A stretch of DNA of 63,882 nt from assembly GCA_964252035.1 (NCBI GenBank), contig OZ176200.1; one strand, written 5' to 3'. Below, piece by piece: positions 22,782 through 36,753 of this stretch (position 1 is the stretch's first letter; each line of letters opens with the position of its first letter). The notes beneath the pieces are model-generated. The model was not told where the DNA came from and made no database searches. It saw only the letters and a program-made list of their open reading frames with translations. The translations under genes were made by a program, and so were the position numbers. This DNA is from Podarcis erhardii. Taxonomy: Eukaryota.

Positions 22782-25700
22782 AAAGGTTCATGTGCTTTCT
22801 AACATCTGCCTGAAGTTCAGCCGATTGAGTTATTACTGGGTGGAGGAAGCTACACCTGTTGAATTCCCGGTTGTCAGGCATCCACTTAAAGATGCCTTAC
22901 TCCTGCTGTGCTCGCCGGGGGGGGGGAGGGGGGGAGGAGGGAGGGATGTGTGAGCGGCGAGGAAGGAGCCATTCTGGAGCAACTCTAAAGGAACATCACA
23001 TGAAGGAACACACGTCTGCACGTCGCCACCCAAAAGTGCTGCGGTTGGGGGGGATCCTGGTGGAGAGGAGTGTTTCTGGATAGGTAGCTTCACTACCTTC
23101 CGCACGTCAAGTACCTCCCCTGGGATGTCACCAAAAACAGGGAGCTGTTGAGACAGTTGTTATTATTTGCCCTGTGCCCCCTGTTTTGATGGGCTCATAA
23201 TACTTTTTGTCATAAGCTGCTAGAAAAACCTGACAGTTGCTTTTGGTTTCTTGACTGATAGAAACACTAACCATTCTTCAGCTAACATGTCACTTCTTTA
23301 GTGCCTAAATCCTTCAAAATGGGAGACAGTGGCTTTGTGGTGTCCGTTCTAGAACACCTACTGTTAGTGTACTATTCTGAAGCCAGCAGCGGGGCACATT
23401 AATAATTTGCTCTGCTATAGGCTGTTACATAATTGGGAAACCAGTTAAAGAACATTTTCTTCTTTTTTAAAGGGAGCAATACAGCAATACCAGCTGATCC
23501 AAAGTGATATCTTTTCCTTTCCAGTGACTCTAGTGTTTGTTGTCATACAACAAAGGTGTCACAGTTAGTTACATATTTTGCATTTTTAATTGGGTTTTAT
23601 AAACAAGAATGTTTTACAAATAAGTATACCAAGTTTTTCATGTCATTTGTATATCACAAAAATAGCATAAACATATTTTGCATTTGTAAGCCTTTAGCTC
23701 TGCATTCTCCCTCAAGATTTCCAAAATTCCCATTCTGTCAAGGTCATATAATGAAGAAATCTAAGTTGATCAGTAATGTTCCAGAGCTGTTTGTTTCCTT
23801 TTGTTTCCTTTTGTGTTACTCTTGTTTCTCTCTGCTCCACTACAGAATGAAATGTCCTTTTCAAGAAAAGATTGTGCAGTTGTCCATGCTGTGCTCATCA
23901 CTCTTTCCTACAGCCAGTTCTGCACAATAGAATAGACTATAGTTTGCACATCTTAAGTGATTTGCAGTAAGAAAATCCTGTTCAGATCACACATCTCAGA
24001 AAATTAAACTGCTGCAACTGGTACAGCAACCATATGTCAATGAAAAGATGTGATAAGATCTGAAGCAGCCAAGATCAGATTTGTGGCCATTTTTTTCAGA
24101 GATTTCCAAATTCCGTCTCACTCTGTTGGGTGCTACAGTGACCAGCTTTTGTCATGTGGATACTGAAACACTCAAGTATGTGTGCTGTGAGCCAGGAAAT
24201 TGCAGTTCGCTTTCATGGCAGCCAGGAAATTGCAGTTCATATTTCACCTCATCTGTGAGCTCACTAGGTGACCCGCTGTGGGGCCTTTCTGTCACTTTTT
24301 ATTTTTGCATATTTATTACATTTATTTAAATCCCACCTTGCTCCCAAGGAGCTCAGTGTAACACACATGGTTCTTCCTCTCCCTGTTTTATCCTCACAGC
24401 ACCCATGTGATGTAGGTTAGACTTGGAGACAATGATTGACACTCTTACACTCACCTGTGGAAAAGGCAGCTACTTGCTTCAGGGAAGGAGGTAATCTGCA
24501 TGAAAAGTAACAAGCCAAGAACCAGAGAGAGAGAGCAACAAAGTCCTTTCTTTGAGCTGATACCCTGTCCGTCATCTAGAAGAGAGGCTTACAATATAGC
24601 ACACACTGCAGGATATATGGTTATATAAAAAACAAAACAAAATAAAATCATGCACCTATTATAAAAACAGCAACACTAAGGCCCAACTCTAACCAGCATC
24701 ACTATCAGCAGGCCTGGACAAATTAATAGGAAACCATTAGACTGATGAAGTGCTAGGTCTGCAACAAGGGTGTGGCAGGCTCGATGAGCCCCTCTCAAGC
24801 TAGCAGCCTATTAAAGCTGTAGGGAATTTGGGCCTCAGCAGTTTCTTATAGGACTTACCCTCCCTTTCACTCTGTTAGCTAATCATGGTACATAGATGAC
24901 TTCATGGGCTTTCTTATTCAATCCTGCAGAATCTGAAGAGTGTAAAGATGATGGCATTGCAAGGGCTATTTGTATCTTGTGGCTGATCCTGCATACTGTC
25001 TGCTGGTTTCCCTTTTGAACATCCCTGTTGCTTACCAGTTGAGGCCATGCTTGCATAAAACATTTCTCCAGTTCTATTTATATAGCCTTATTTCTTTACC
25101 AGCTAGGCAAAATAATAATTCTGTAGAAGTTGACCCCAGTAATTCTAACTGCAGTTGGTTGAGATTGCAGAGGCAATCCTGTTTCCTTAAAGTGTTTATG
25201 TAAACAACCCCATTGAAAGGACCAGCAAACATGCTAAGCTTCTATGTCAGCCTTGTATCTTAACAACTTGCCTTGTGACCATAGGCAACAAGGAATTCCA
25301 TGCGGCTAATTAGTTGTCTGGCTAAGGAGGGATGGATTGCTCTGTCCAGGCACCACCAACCCACTTCATTTCTGTTCTCACCACTGGGGAAGAGGCTTTT
25401 ATTCCTCTGAGCAGCATAACAACACAGCCTACTAGCTTTTTAGCAGGCTAGTGGTTTTACTTTACAGGCTATTAACTCCAGTGGACTTAGTTACAAGGCT
25501 GTCTTAGTATGTCAGTGATCGGGTAGCTTAAAGAGTAGACTATGTGTTGCATATAAATGCTCTAGAAGCATATTTACCACCACAAATTTATTCTTGGGAC
25601 CCCACAGAGGGGGAAAGCAGCTCAAGTGGTGAGTTAGAAAGAAAAAAAATAGTTGATAATGAAAGAGTAAACCCACCCTGTTGCATCTCTGCACAAGACT

Positions 25701-28700
25701 TTCTCCATCTGAAGTTGCTTTTCCTTACACAAAAAGAGCATCAGGGTTCATTATGTGCATTTTCATATTACTTCGTTCCTATGGTAATAAGCCAGAGCAT
25801 GATCCTTTAGAAAGGATTGCTAGACGAGGGTGTGAGCAAAAAGTAGTGTCTGAACTGTATGTTTTGGTCCTGTGCTGTTGAACGCACACGACTCAAATAT
25901 TGCCAGAATTCTGACATGCACGCTTATTTGAGAAGTAGAAGGAAATGTGTTTCATTTGGCAGAACCATTCTGGGAGTTCATTAACTAAATCCAGCAAATA
26001 CGTTTGACTCTTTCCTTCTCCTAGTGAAGCGGAACTCTCCCTACCCCCGCGGTTAACTTTCAGAATTTATTGACGAAAATACTTAATTGTTGCAGCAGCA
26101 CCTTCTGAATAAACCTTTAAAGCTGCAAGTCTAACCACATGTTCCCTTGAATAAGCCCTGTGGAAAAACCGTAGAATTCACTTTGGAATTAATACGGAGG
26201 ATTGTGCTGTAAGTAAGGTGTCGCACCCAAGAAGTTGTCTTTATTTCGCTTATGCTCTACTCCTCAAAGAGCAAATTGCATGTGGTTCCTGGGCAGCCTC
26301 CCAGTTTACAGGGCCAGGCTTGCTTAGTTTCAGCTGCATCATGAGTTTTAAGACTATTCTCTAATGTTTAGTGTTGAGTAACGATCATGTTGAGTAATAA
26401 TCATGTACTGTTGTCTCAGGTAATGGATGGGGATGTGCTGCCTAGATTTCATCCCTGGATGAATGGAAAATCTCAGGTTCTTTCCCACTCTATAGTGCTG
26501 ATAGAGCTTGCATGTGTTTGGTGCCTATCCACATTCCATCTGTGCTGCATATGAGTTGGGCACTGTGTACACAATTCACATTCCATAATGCATAGCCTTC
26601 ATTAATGGATGTGGGCATTCAGCAAGAATATCTGGACATCCAGTTCCTTGTTGCATGCACAATCCTCATCCAGCAAAGAAATCTGCTCTGGAAAGCCTGC
26701 TTCTATGTGTGGATCTCCTTAGTAGATTGCAATTTTAAATAGTCTTACTGAAGTAAATTCTGTTATAACAGTGGGGTCAGTTCACATATAACAAACAAAC
26801 CATTGTTTGGTGTTGGAGATGGAGCCTCAAGCTCATACGTTGTTATTATTTATTGAATTTGTTAGTCACTTTATCTTGCCCAAGGCAACTCAAATCGATT
26901 TATAGCCCAACTCTCCCAATAGATACATAAAAAGCAAGCGGATGATTAAAATTTTAAATATTCTACCCACTTCTAAAAGGCCACAGATAATTAGAGACCC
27001 CATGTAATCTTTTTTTTTTAGTTACTTCCTGTTAGGAGTGTGCACCAACCATAATATTTGGTTTGAATCCCAAAGCTTGGCACTTTATAAAACAACTCAG
27101 TTTGGCTCAGGAGAGTGAATCAGTTCCATTTGCCCCCCCCCCCACCCTTCCAAGATTGGGAATTCAAATGGCTCCTCCCAGACATCCCACTTGGCTTCAC
27201 CATTTTTCTGAAACTGATGCACACCCCTATATCCTGTGAAACCTTTGCCACAAACTATGAAATAACTAAGTGATTGTGTGTGTGATTTGGAGAGTGTGCA
27301 ATCAGACCTTGCTCTTGTATGTCTTAACTTCTTCCATGTAAACATACTTAAGACTGGGTGGGGGGTAGGAAATCAAAGGATGAAATAGCCATATCTTTTG
27401 AGGCCCTGAAATAATAATATCCTTTGAGGCCTTCTCTTCCTTCTCCTTGGTTGCAGGTGCAGTGGTATTAAACTGATTTTTTAAATTTGTTCTCCATAAT
27501 TAGTTTCTTCATAGCACCTTGAAAAGGTGCTGTTTTGAATTGTTTCAAATATTTTAAAGGTCTGAAATACAGATACTAAACTAGTTCTTCCTGTTGCTTT
27601 ACTTTCTCTTCCTCCATCTGCAATGCCTGCTGGTTGGTTATCTTCTTTTGTCACATTTGGTTTCTGGGGAAATACGCCTGCTCTTGACCTGTATGAGATA
27701 AATTATGTAGTAATGTTAACTTGTTAGAGCATCTGTGTAATAAAAATGAATAGGCTTGAAAAGGAGGTGAATAAGCTAGGAAAGAAAGCGGCATATTAGC
27801 ATGTTCAGCATTATGCAGCAAATAGGCTTCTGAAAGATAAGGCGTTTATTTCTGTCATTGAACTATTGAAAGAGAAAGGGCACACTGGAGGCACATTTAC
27901 TGATCAGCATAACAAGATTGCTTGTTCTGGAGAGATTTTCAGTATTTTACAGAATAGTGGGAAATTTCCATGTCATTGCTGTATGAGATCAGAGAGTTGG
28001 TGGCTTTGTTTTTCACACAGCATGATTTAAAATGGCATATTTTATTGCACCAGCTAGTTATTCAAAATGGTTTGCAAGCAAAATATTCTTCATCAAGCAG
28101 TTGGAGAGAAAAAAATAGAAATGAAGGAGATATGCTTAGGTTGATGATCCAGTGGCCGAGGCTGATGTTGCTTCTGACTGTCTCATTTATTCTTCAGTTA
28201 CATAACAGGCAGTGATAAAATTTACAATCTCTTCAAAACCTACAGTATGTCTTTGTCAAACACAAATGGCCTGAAGTGCAGAGCCTAAAAAGTCAACTTT
28301 AAGTGACTATTGTAACTAATCAAGAACATAACAGCCTGGAAACTAAGGAAATATAGTCCCATGCTTCGAAACGTTTGTGTTCTGATTAGAATTTTGGAGT
28401 GGCATGGGGAGGAAGCTAAAGTCTTCTGTTCAAGTGAAGAACCTATATTCTCCGTAGGAGAGAACAATGTAGTGGTTCTCAGGTTTGGGAATACAAACTC
28501 ATGATTTACATTTACTAATGGTTCTGACTTCTGATAATGTTTTTATAACTATCTTGTTCAAAGCCCTTCAGAGAACATCCCTGTTTGCAGTTCACACCAT
28601 GATAACTTTCTTGGCTGCAATGCCACCCACATAATGCAGTGGCATCATGACATACAGCGTGAGCAAGGCTCACTGCTAAAAATGGACAGAGCTACATCAA

Positions 28701-29619
28701 AAAGCACAGTATACTTAGCTGGAAATTCATATGATACAGTGCAATTCTCCATGGCATAGTGTGGGCAGATAAAGTGGAGCTGTCCTGTTTGCTACGTCTG
28801 AGTAACGCTATTCCCCCTACCATAAATGACTTAATGCATTTGAGAGGTAGGTGCTTTGTTTTTTTTAATGAAAGCTTAAATTCAAAAAAAAAAAGAGCAA
28901 AATGCACCCTGTCATTGATGTTTGCTTGACAGCTTGAATAACGATAGAGCAAAAGAGGCCAATCTTTTAATTTCGCCTTTATTAAACTGCAACAAGATCC
29001 CCAGGGATTCTCAGAAATTGCAGTTATAAAATATGCTTTTGACGTGAGTGTACAGCCTCCAGAGTACAGGCCTATTTTGAAACTGGTCAATACTTAGGAG
29101 CCTGGACATCGCCCTCTCTGAGCAGCCACTGTGTCAGGACTGTGATGTGAAAATGCAGCACCCGGCCGGAGGAAGCAGCCTGTCTTAGTTTCCTCCTTGT
29201 CTTCTATGTGTTCAGTGGAAGACAGTTCATAATTGAGGAGGTGGAAAATGCAGCAATTATGGCAGATAGAGTGGTGAACGATACACCCCAATGTTCCTAT
29301 CTAAGGCATTACCTAAGCCATTAAATAATTTGTAGTAGATCCCTAAACTTTTTAAAAACTTTCTTCCCAAGAAAACACTGGTTAAAAAAGAGTAATCATT
29401 CTACTGTTATAATTTTTTAAGTATGTGGGAAATTATTGAGAAACCTCTTCACTGTCTGATATAATACGAGTGAAATTTGACAGATTTCCACCTACGAACA
29501 TGAGGGAACTGTGATGTGGTTGCTAATATTTTTAGGCAACATTTTACACATGTACGTATTCCTCTAATTGGTAGATATTTTGGATGTCAGTAAAATGTTA
29601 GTTTCGCTAATAAAGGTTT

Positions 29620-31380
29620 GGGAAGAAGTAGACTCCACCGTGGGAGCAGGGCCGGGGCGGGAGAGTGCTAGAGTCCTGTCTGGTCAAGTTGTGTGGGATC
29701 AATTTCAATCTGTTACCTCCGAGGATGTGGACAGGCTGCTTGGACGAGTGAAGCCAACCACCTGTCTCCTGGATCCTTGCCCATCCTGGCTTATAAAAGC
29801 TAGCCGGGAAGGACTGGGCGATGGGCTTCGTGGGGTGGTGAATGCTTCCCTCCGTGAGGGAGCCTTCCCAGACCCGCTGAAAGAGGCGGTTATTAAACCG
29901 CTTCTTAAAAAACCATCTTTAGATGCGGCCACGATGGCCAATTATCGCCCAGTCTCAAACCTCCCATTCTTGGGCAAGGTGATTGAGCGAGTGGTTGCTG
30001 AACAACTCCAGGCACGCCTGGAAGAAGCGGACCATTTGGATCCCTTCCAGTCGGGATTCAGGCCTCATCATGGGACTGAAACTGCCTTGGTCGCACTGGT
30101 TGATGATCTCCGGCGGGCTAGGGACAAAGGTGAGAGCTGTTTCCTAGTTCTGCTGGATCTCTCAGCGGCGTTTGATACCATCGACCATGACATCCTTCTG
30201 GACCGTCTAGAGGGGCTGGGAGCTGGGGGCACTGTCATACAGTGGTTCCGCTCCTTCCTCCTGGGCCGTGTTCAGAAAGTGGTGGTGGGGGATGAGTGTT
30301 CAGACCCCTGGCCGCTCACTTGTGGGGTGCCTCAGGGTTCTGTCCTCTCCCCCATGCTTTTCAACATCTACATGCAGCCGCTGGGAGCGATCATCAGGAG
30401 GTTTGGGCTGGGTGTTCATCAGTATGCAGATGATACCCAGCTCTACCTCTCTTTTAAATCAGAACCAGTGAAGGCGGTAAAGGTCCTGTGTGAGTGTCTG
30501 GAGGCGGTTGGAGGATGGATGGCGGCTAACAGATTGAGGTTGAATCCTGACAAGACAGAAGTACTGTTTTTGGGGGACAGGAGGCGGGCAGGTGTGGAGG
30601 ATTCCCTGGTCCTGAATGCGGTAACTGTGCCCCTGAAGGACCAGGTGCGCAGCCTGGGAGTCATTTTGGACTCACAGCTGTCCATGGAGGCACAGGTCAA
30701 ATCTGTATCCAGGGCAGCTGTTTACCAGCTCCATCTGGTACGTAGGCTGAGACCCTATCTGCCTGCGGACTGTCTCGCCAGAGTGGTACATGCTCTGGTT
30801 ATCTCCCGCTTGGACTACTGCAATGCGCTCTACGTGGGGCTACCTTTGAAGGTGACCCGGAAACTACAACTAATACAGAATGCGGCAGCTAGACTGGTGA
30901 CTGGGAGCGGCCGCCGAGACCATATAACACCGGTCTTGAAAGACCTACATTGGCTCCCAGTACGTTTCCGAGCACAATTCAAAGTGTTGGTGCTGACCTT
31001 TAAAGCCCTAAATGGCCTCGGTCCAGTATATCTGAAGGAGCGTCTCCTCCCCCATCGTTCTGCCCGGACACTGAGGTCCAGCTCCGAGGGCCTTCTGGCG
31101 GTTCCCTCACTGCGAGAGGCCAAGTTGCAGGGAACCAGGCAGAGGGCCTTCTCGGTGGTGGCGCCCGCCCTGTGGAATGCCCTCCCATCGGATGTCAAGG
31201 CGATGGACAACTACCTGACATTCAGAAGACATCTGAAGGCAGCCCTGTTCAGGGAAGTTTTTAATATGTGACATTTTAGTGTATTTTTTATCTCTGTTGG
31301 AAGCCGCCCAGAGTGGCTGGGGAAACCCAGCCAGATGGGCGGGGTACAAATAATAAATTATTATTATTATTATTATTATT
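29620..31380 (+). mobile_element. Young 5'-truncated L2 LINE with uninterrupted RT frame to TGA at 31271
   Basis: RT motifs NYRPVSNL, QSGFR, LDLSAAFDTIDH, GVPQGSVLSP, YADDTQLY; 3' UTR stem-loop GGCTGGGGAAACCCAGCC; (TAT)n tail; no endonuclease domain. Confidence 0.95.
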
Positions 31381-34300
31381 TCCAATCCCGCCTTTGTGGA
31401 AAGTCTTGCCACAGCAGTATCTGTTGTGGCAAGACTTGTTTACTTTTTATATTCTTCTATGTACTTGCTTTCTGATAGCTAGTAGGTGTTAGTTTTCTCT
31501 CTGCTTCATAGCTTGGTATTGTATTCCGAAACTGTATTTCACAGAAACCGCAGTGCACATGAATGTGTAGCTGAAATGGTTGCATTGACTACTTTTAGTC
31601 TCTGCCAATGCACTAACACTACACAGGCAAGTTGTTGCATCTGGCTCTTCCAACCACAAAAGTAAAATAAATCACAATGCAGAATGTCAGAGTTTGAACA
31701 TACTAGATCACTCTATAACATTAGATGTGTTTCTGTTGTGGACTAGGTGGCAATGATATAAATCTAGCAAATTATATTCTGTTTGACTAAGAAGTATAGC
31801 ATGGACTATACTTTAAAAGTTAAACGTGTGGATAGACAAATGGTGGCCTAGTGAATAAATCTAGTTTCTAAAGGTTTTATGCCTGGCTCCTTGCACAGCC
31901 CCTGATCACCAGGATGTCTCAGACAGGACCATGTGCTCTTATGGTGTAGTCAGCCATTTTCTTCCTGGGTGAGGCACTTGTCTTCTACACTACAAACAGA
32001 ATAAACTTGGGCAGACCTCTTTATCTCATTGTGCACCTAAACTCCTGTGTACAAGCCAAAGCACAAAGAAATAGCAGTGAGCAGTGAAGGTGCATAGAGT
32101 GCCAAAGTTTCCGACGCAGATTGTGCTGGAGAAGAGGATGCTGAAGAGCGCATTCGCTTTAATTTTGCTCATGTAGGTCCAAGCAGAGCCCACATTGCAG
32201 GCCTTTCGGCCATTGCTCAACTGAAAATATGGCTTCTGAAAATTAGTTGCTGAACAGAGAATTAATGGCTTTGCTTGAGTGCAGCATATAAAATAAGGCT
32301 GGGAAGAATTAATAGTTTCTGAAGGATCTGGGACATAATATGGAACACAAGGTTCTCCAAGCAATTCCATAAATTGCTCTAAAGCTCAAATGCAATCTTA
32401 ATGCAGGTTGGAAACAATTGTGCATAAACCCTAGAGCTAATGTCATACATTAGAAAAATGCTGTGTTTTACACAGTGGTTTAATGGGTATTACTAAATTG
32501 CTCATGTATTTTTAGGACATTACAGTTCATGATAACACATGACTGAAGGAGATCCAGAGTTCATCAAGTTAGCCTGGCGCCAGGAGCTGTCACTGCTGCT
32601 GCTGCTGCTGCCGCCGTGGGATTGACTGGGCTCTGGCTGCTGATGGGCTGGTGGAAGCCTTGTGCATGAAATGAATGGAAATGTAATAGCATATCTGCAG
32701 AGTATGGCTCGGATCCCTCTGTGCATAGTTTCCTGGGAGTAAGCCCCCCTAAAAGTGAGACTTGCTTCCAAGTAAATGTATATAGAAATGTGTGCTGTGA
32801 TACCTAATCTCTCTGTCTCCCTCTTTCTCACATACACGGGCAGATGCGTTCACATACACTTCAAGTCATGATGTGCAAGCAGTGCCCACTGTGCTAAAGG
32901 TGTGTGTAGAATAGATAGTGCCAGATTGTTAAAGTAAGCAACTGACCCCAGATATTTTGATTAGTTATTCACGTGAATTGGTATGTGAGGGCTTTCTATC
33001 TTTGTCCCTGCAGCAACCACCACTCCTCCTTATAGCATCCAACACAACACATGGCATCCTATTGTGTTGCTCATCTCCCGGTCTTTGCCTCACAGCATTG
33101 GCAGATGGGTTAGCATAGTGATTTTTTGTGTGATGCATTTTATGTGTTGGATGATGCTACAAGAGAGAGTGACAGCAGTGGCAGCTGTAGCCCTCTTATA
33201 AGGTTTAGCCTGGCTTTCAGCTGTGCAGCATGTACAGCTTATGCAACTACACACAACTTTCAAATGACAATGCTGTTCTTTTAGAATTTACGGTACCTGA
33301 GGCAAGAAGTCTTTGGCTGCAGAGCTAAAAATAGCAATACTGCTTGATGTTCTTGGGTGCTCACTGCTGCTTCTAATTAAAATGTTCACATTATTGTGGA
33401 GCATATAGATCAGGTATGAAAGCTGACCCTTTAGAAAATCCTTTGGAAAGCAATCTCTGTGTTTTGCATATTGGCAATAAAAGATGCGCTCAAAATATTG
33501 ACGTATTTGAGGCATGAACTTTGCTGTATGTGACTAGTCTTCGGATCTCTGCGCAATACATTATGACAACTCTGAGTAGCTACCAATTGAGTGGCACCCT
33601 GCCAAACTTAGGTTTGAACTGACATAAACATAGTTAATTTTCTACAGAGAGTGCTTATGCTTTAGGTTGAATTTATGATCAAAAGTCAATATTTAAATTC
33701 AGGGCTGTAGCTAACCACTCATCTAGTAGTCACTTAATGGGAATATAAGTTGCTACAACCTGACAAGCAAGCTTTTGTTAATTGGAAGAAACCTGGCTCT
33801 CCTTTACTGTTTTTTAGACCACTATTGAGTGGGTAACAGGCGATACTTGCAGTAGATGGTTTTTAACAGACCAGCCTTCACCAACCTGATGTCCTCCAAA
33901 CGTCGTAGTGCAAAACATCTGGAGGGTGCCAAGTTGGTGAATGCTTCTTCAGACTTGTTTATACAACAGTTTTCTTTTTAATACTGTACATCTATGGGAG
34001 CAAAAGTGAGCAAATTGTTTTACTTGGCTGCCTACAGAACACGAAAGTAGAGGAGGCTGGAGCAGAATTGAGAATTTAGAATAATATGGGGGGCAAAAGT
34101 GTACACCCTGAAATATTTAAACATGATTTTCAGTGAAGCATTAGTATAGGTAATAAATGAAAGGCTATGTATGGAACTATAAACTCGTCTCCAGATAAGT
34201 TGTGTATGTACCTTTAAGTATGATGGCCTTGGAAACAGCTGTTATTAGTCAGCTTCACTGAAAATAATCTAGGGAATGGCTGCTGTTTGCTGCCTTTTAC

Positions 34301-35063
34301 TTTGTCCTCTGTGAAGATCTGGCAAGTTATCTAATCTGTACCTGGGAGAATCCAAGAGCTTCTAAGTAAATATTAGGCAGGGCATCGTGTTTATGCCTGA
34401 GCAACGCAATATAGAATTTACCAAAAATGTCGCAACTCTGCTAAAAACATAACCTGGAGAGTGATGCAGTCTGTGAAGGCGGGCTAGAAGGAAATCAGGT
34501 TAGATGGCTTTTCCATTCCATCCTTTATATTCAAGCATTTTATTCTTGGGTGGAAAAAAGCCAAGAAAATAAGCAGGTTCATGCAAAGAAAGCACATCTA
34601 CATCATAGGTTCTATACAGTCTCTGTCACTAGCATGGCAAGTCCCAAATAGCTGCACCCAGTGACCCTAGGAGATTTCATTCTGGTATATATTTTGCAAG
34701 CCCCTCTGCAAAATATATATAACCATTTCCTTACCACATATAACCATTTCCTTACCACTGTCTATATTCATGAGGATTATTTCTAGTATCCAGTGATTCA
34801 GAAAAAAGATTCACTATATTGTGACGGAATTATGTTGGGTTCTCTTCTAGTTTTGAAGAAATTTAAACGTATTGTAAAGCTATTTAGCTTGGTCATTCAA
34901 ATGTACCTTGGTTAGAAGGGGCAACTAGTTTCTAGATTTTATGTGCTGGAAGGCTATAGTGTTACTGTGTGGATTGCGGCTCATATAACACAAAAGCTTG
35001 AGCTATTTTCAAATGCTCCTCTAATGCAAAGCCTCTGACTTGACACTTTCCCCTTCCAAATAG

Positions 35064-35174
35064 GAATCTCCAGAAATTAAGTCTCTTTGGTGATATAAGC
35101 ATTCTGCAACAACATGGAAGTATATCAAATACGCACCTCAGCAAAGTGGATCCAGATGGAAAAAAGATTAAGCA
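35064..35174 (+). CDS. FBXO33: FBXO33 exon 2
   Basis: RNLQKLSLFGDISILQQHGSISNTHLSKVDPDGKKIKQ; aaatag| and |gtaagt; 111 nt. Confidence 0.95.
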
Positions 35175-36753
35175 GTAAGTTGTCCAAAATATATTGTTAC
35201 AGTATTGCAGTTTAAAGAAATGGGATGTGTGTGTGTTGTAAATGCACTGTTTTAGAATATAATCCATTGTCTTCTCTGATGATTTAGTACTGAAAATAAC
35301 GGCTCATGGTTTCACAGTGTCTATCGTTCTTTGTTGCTGCAATTTCCTTTGCAAATTGGACATCTTTTCTTAGAACATGATTACTCTAAAAACAAGCCAT
35401 TTGCAGTAGTTGGGAGATTTTCTCCTACAAAATTCACATTCTAGGATAAATCATTTTAAGAAAAGCAGGAAGGGGTGCCAGGGACTGCTATAGCAGTATC
35501 TTCATCCAGCAATTCTCAGTATAAACTTTATGCTATCCATGTCACATTGCTAAAAGCAGGTGCATTCTGCAAAAAACTGAGCAACTTTCATACTGCTTCA
35601 GACACAATTAACCTGACTATTCTCACAATTAACTTCAGGAGTAAAATATGAGACGTGTGGGGACTGTGTACACTGGCCTCAGTTCGTTGGTGGAAGGGTG
35701 GGATTAGAATGTTCATCATTATCAGAGTTGTACTTGCTAATTAGAAGAAATGTTTCTGGTACAGTTAACTCACATCTTACGTGAGGGGTCCACACATTTA
35801 TGCAAAAATGCATAAAGCCAGGAACCCTTTGGAACACACACACACCCCGGCAAAATGGAGGGTTGTTTGGATTCTGCCGGAGCTGCTGTTCCAAAACCAG
35901 CAATCACAGCTTTGCACAGGTGGGTGGGGGAAAATAAATGAATGGAGAATGGGTTTCCTCCACTCTCCAGTTAGATATTTATTTCCCCCGCCGACCAAAG
36001 TTGCAATTGCATAAGTAAAATAAGCGTAAGATGCAAGTTACTTCCTACCCCCCATTGTTTTCATCAGCCGGTATAAATAGGTTACATACCTATTACATAC
36101 CATCACTCTGAATGTGGTACCAAGTCATGACTCGCATGTGAGAAATGGTTATCGTGGAACAAGCATCACGGATAGAGCTTTCATATAATCAAATATCACT
36201 TCCGCCATTTGGCTTCAAATCAAGTGTCAAGCTGAATGATGTACAAGCATATACAGCATTAATCAGTCCTGATTTTCCCTTTGGAGTATCATTTGAATGA
36301 GATACGCAAAGTGCTGATGCAGTGAGTAGATACAAGCACTATTGAACCCACCACGCTGTGCTCTCTAGGACTTCTAGCAATTGGTAGCTACCCTACACAT
36401 ATGCTAGTTACAAAATGTGGGTAAGAGAATCAAAACGAGTTAGCATGCACAGTTCCAAAAGGGCAAAATGAATTTTCTTTTATATTTGTTTAAAACAAAA
36501 AGGAAGACAACAGAACTTTAAAAAGCAAGTGCAATTCTGCTGCTGGAACTTTAGACTTATTTTTAAATGGTGTGTTCTTTCTTTCCTTCACTACCACCCC
36601 ACCCACCCCTGCTACAGCCAGTGTGTTTCTAATGCAACACCGCTTGCATTAAAGGTGTAAAGCTTTGTTGCTTCTTTGTCTATTGAACTTGGCTCAGAAT
36701 TAAAAAATTAAACTATAAAAGATTAAGACGGTTGCGTCTGTTTCTTCTTGCAG

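Noticed and set aside
21579-22813. Long overlapping ORFs (329, 208 and 221 aa) around FBXO33 exon 1
   Set aside because: Alternative-frame or antisense readings of a stop-poor CpG island; only the 22054 frame has F-box homology and a splice donor
29568-29620. N-terminal extension of the L2 ORF
   Set aside because: AT-rich host intron that happens to be in frame with a non-ATG start; L2 similarity begins near 29620
32715-32790. Recurring CTTAC..GAAGTAAG palindromic snippets (also about 3430, 12660, 14005, 20160, 41530, 54640)
   Set aside because: Decayed copies of an abundant short squamate repeat; boundaries not definable by eye and no locus-specific role evident
34720-34762. Short direct repeats (21 bp here; about 19 bp at 24190-24240)
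   Set aside because: Isolated slippage duplications with no associated structure
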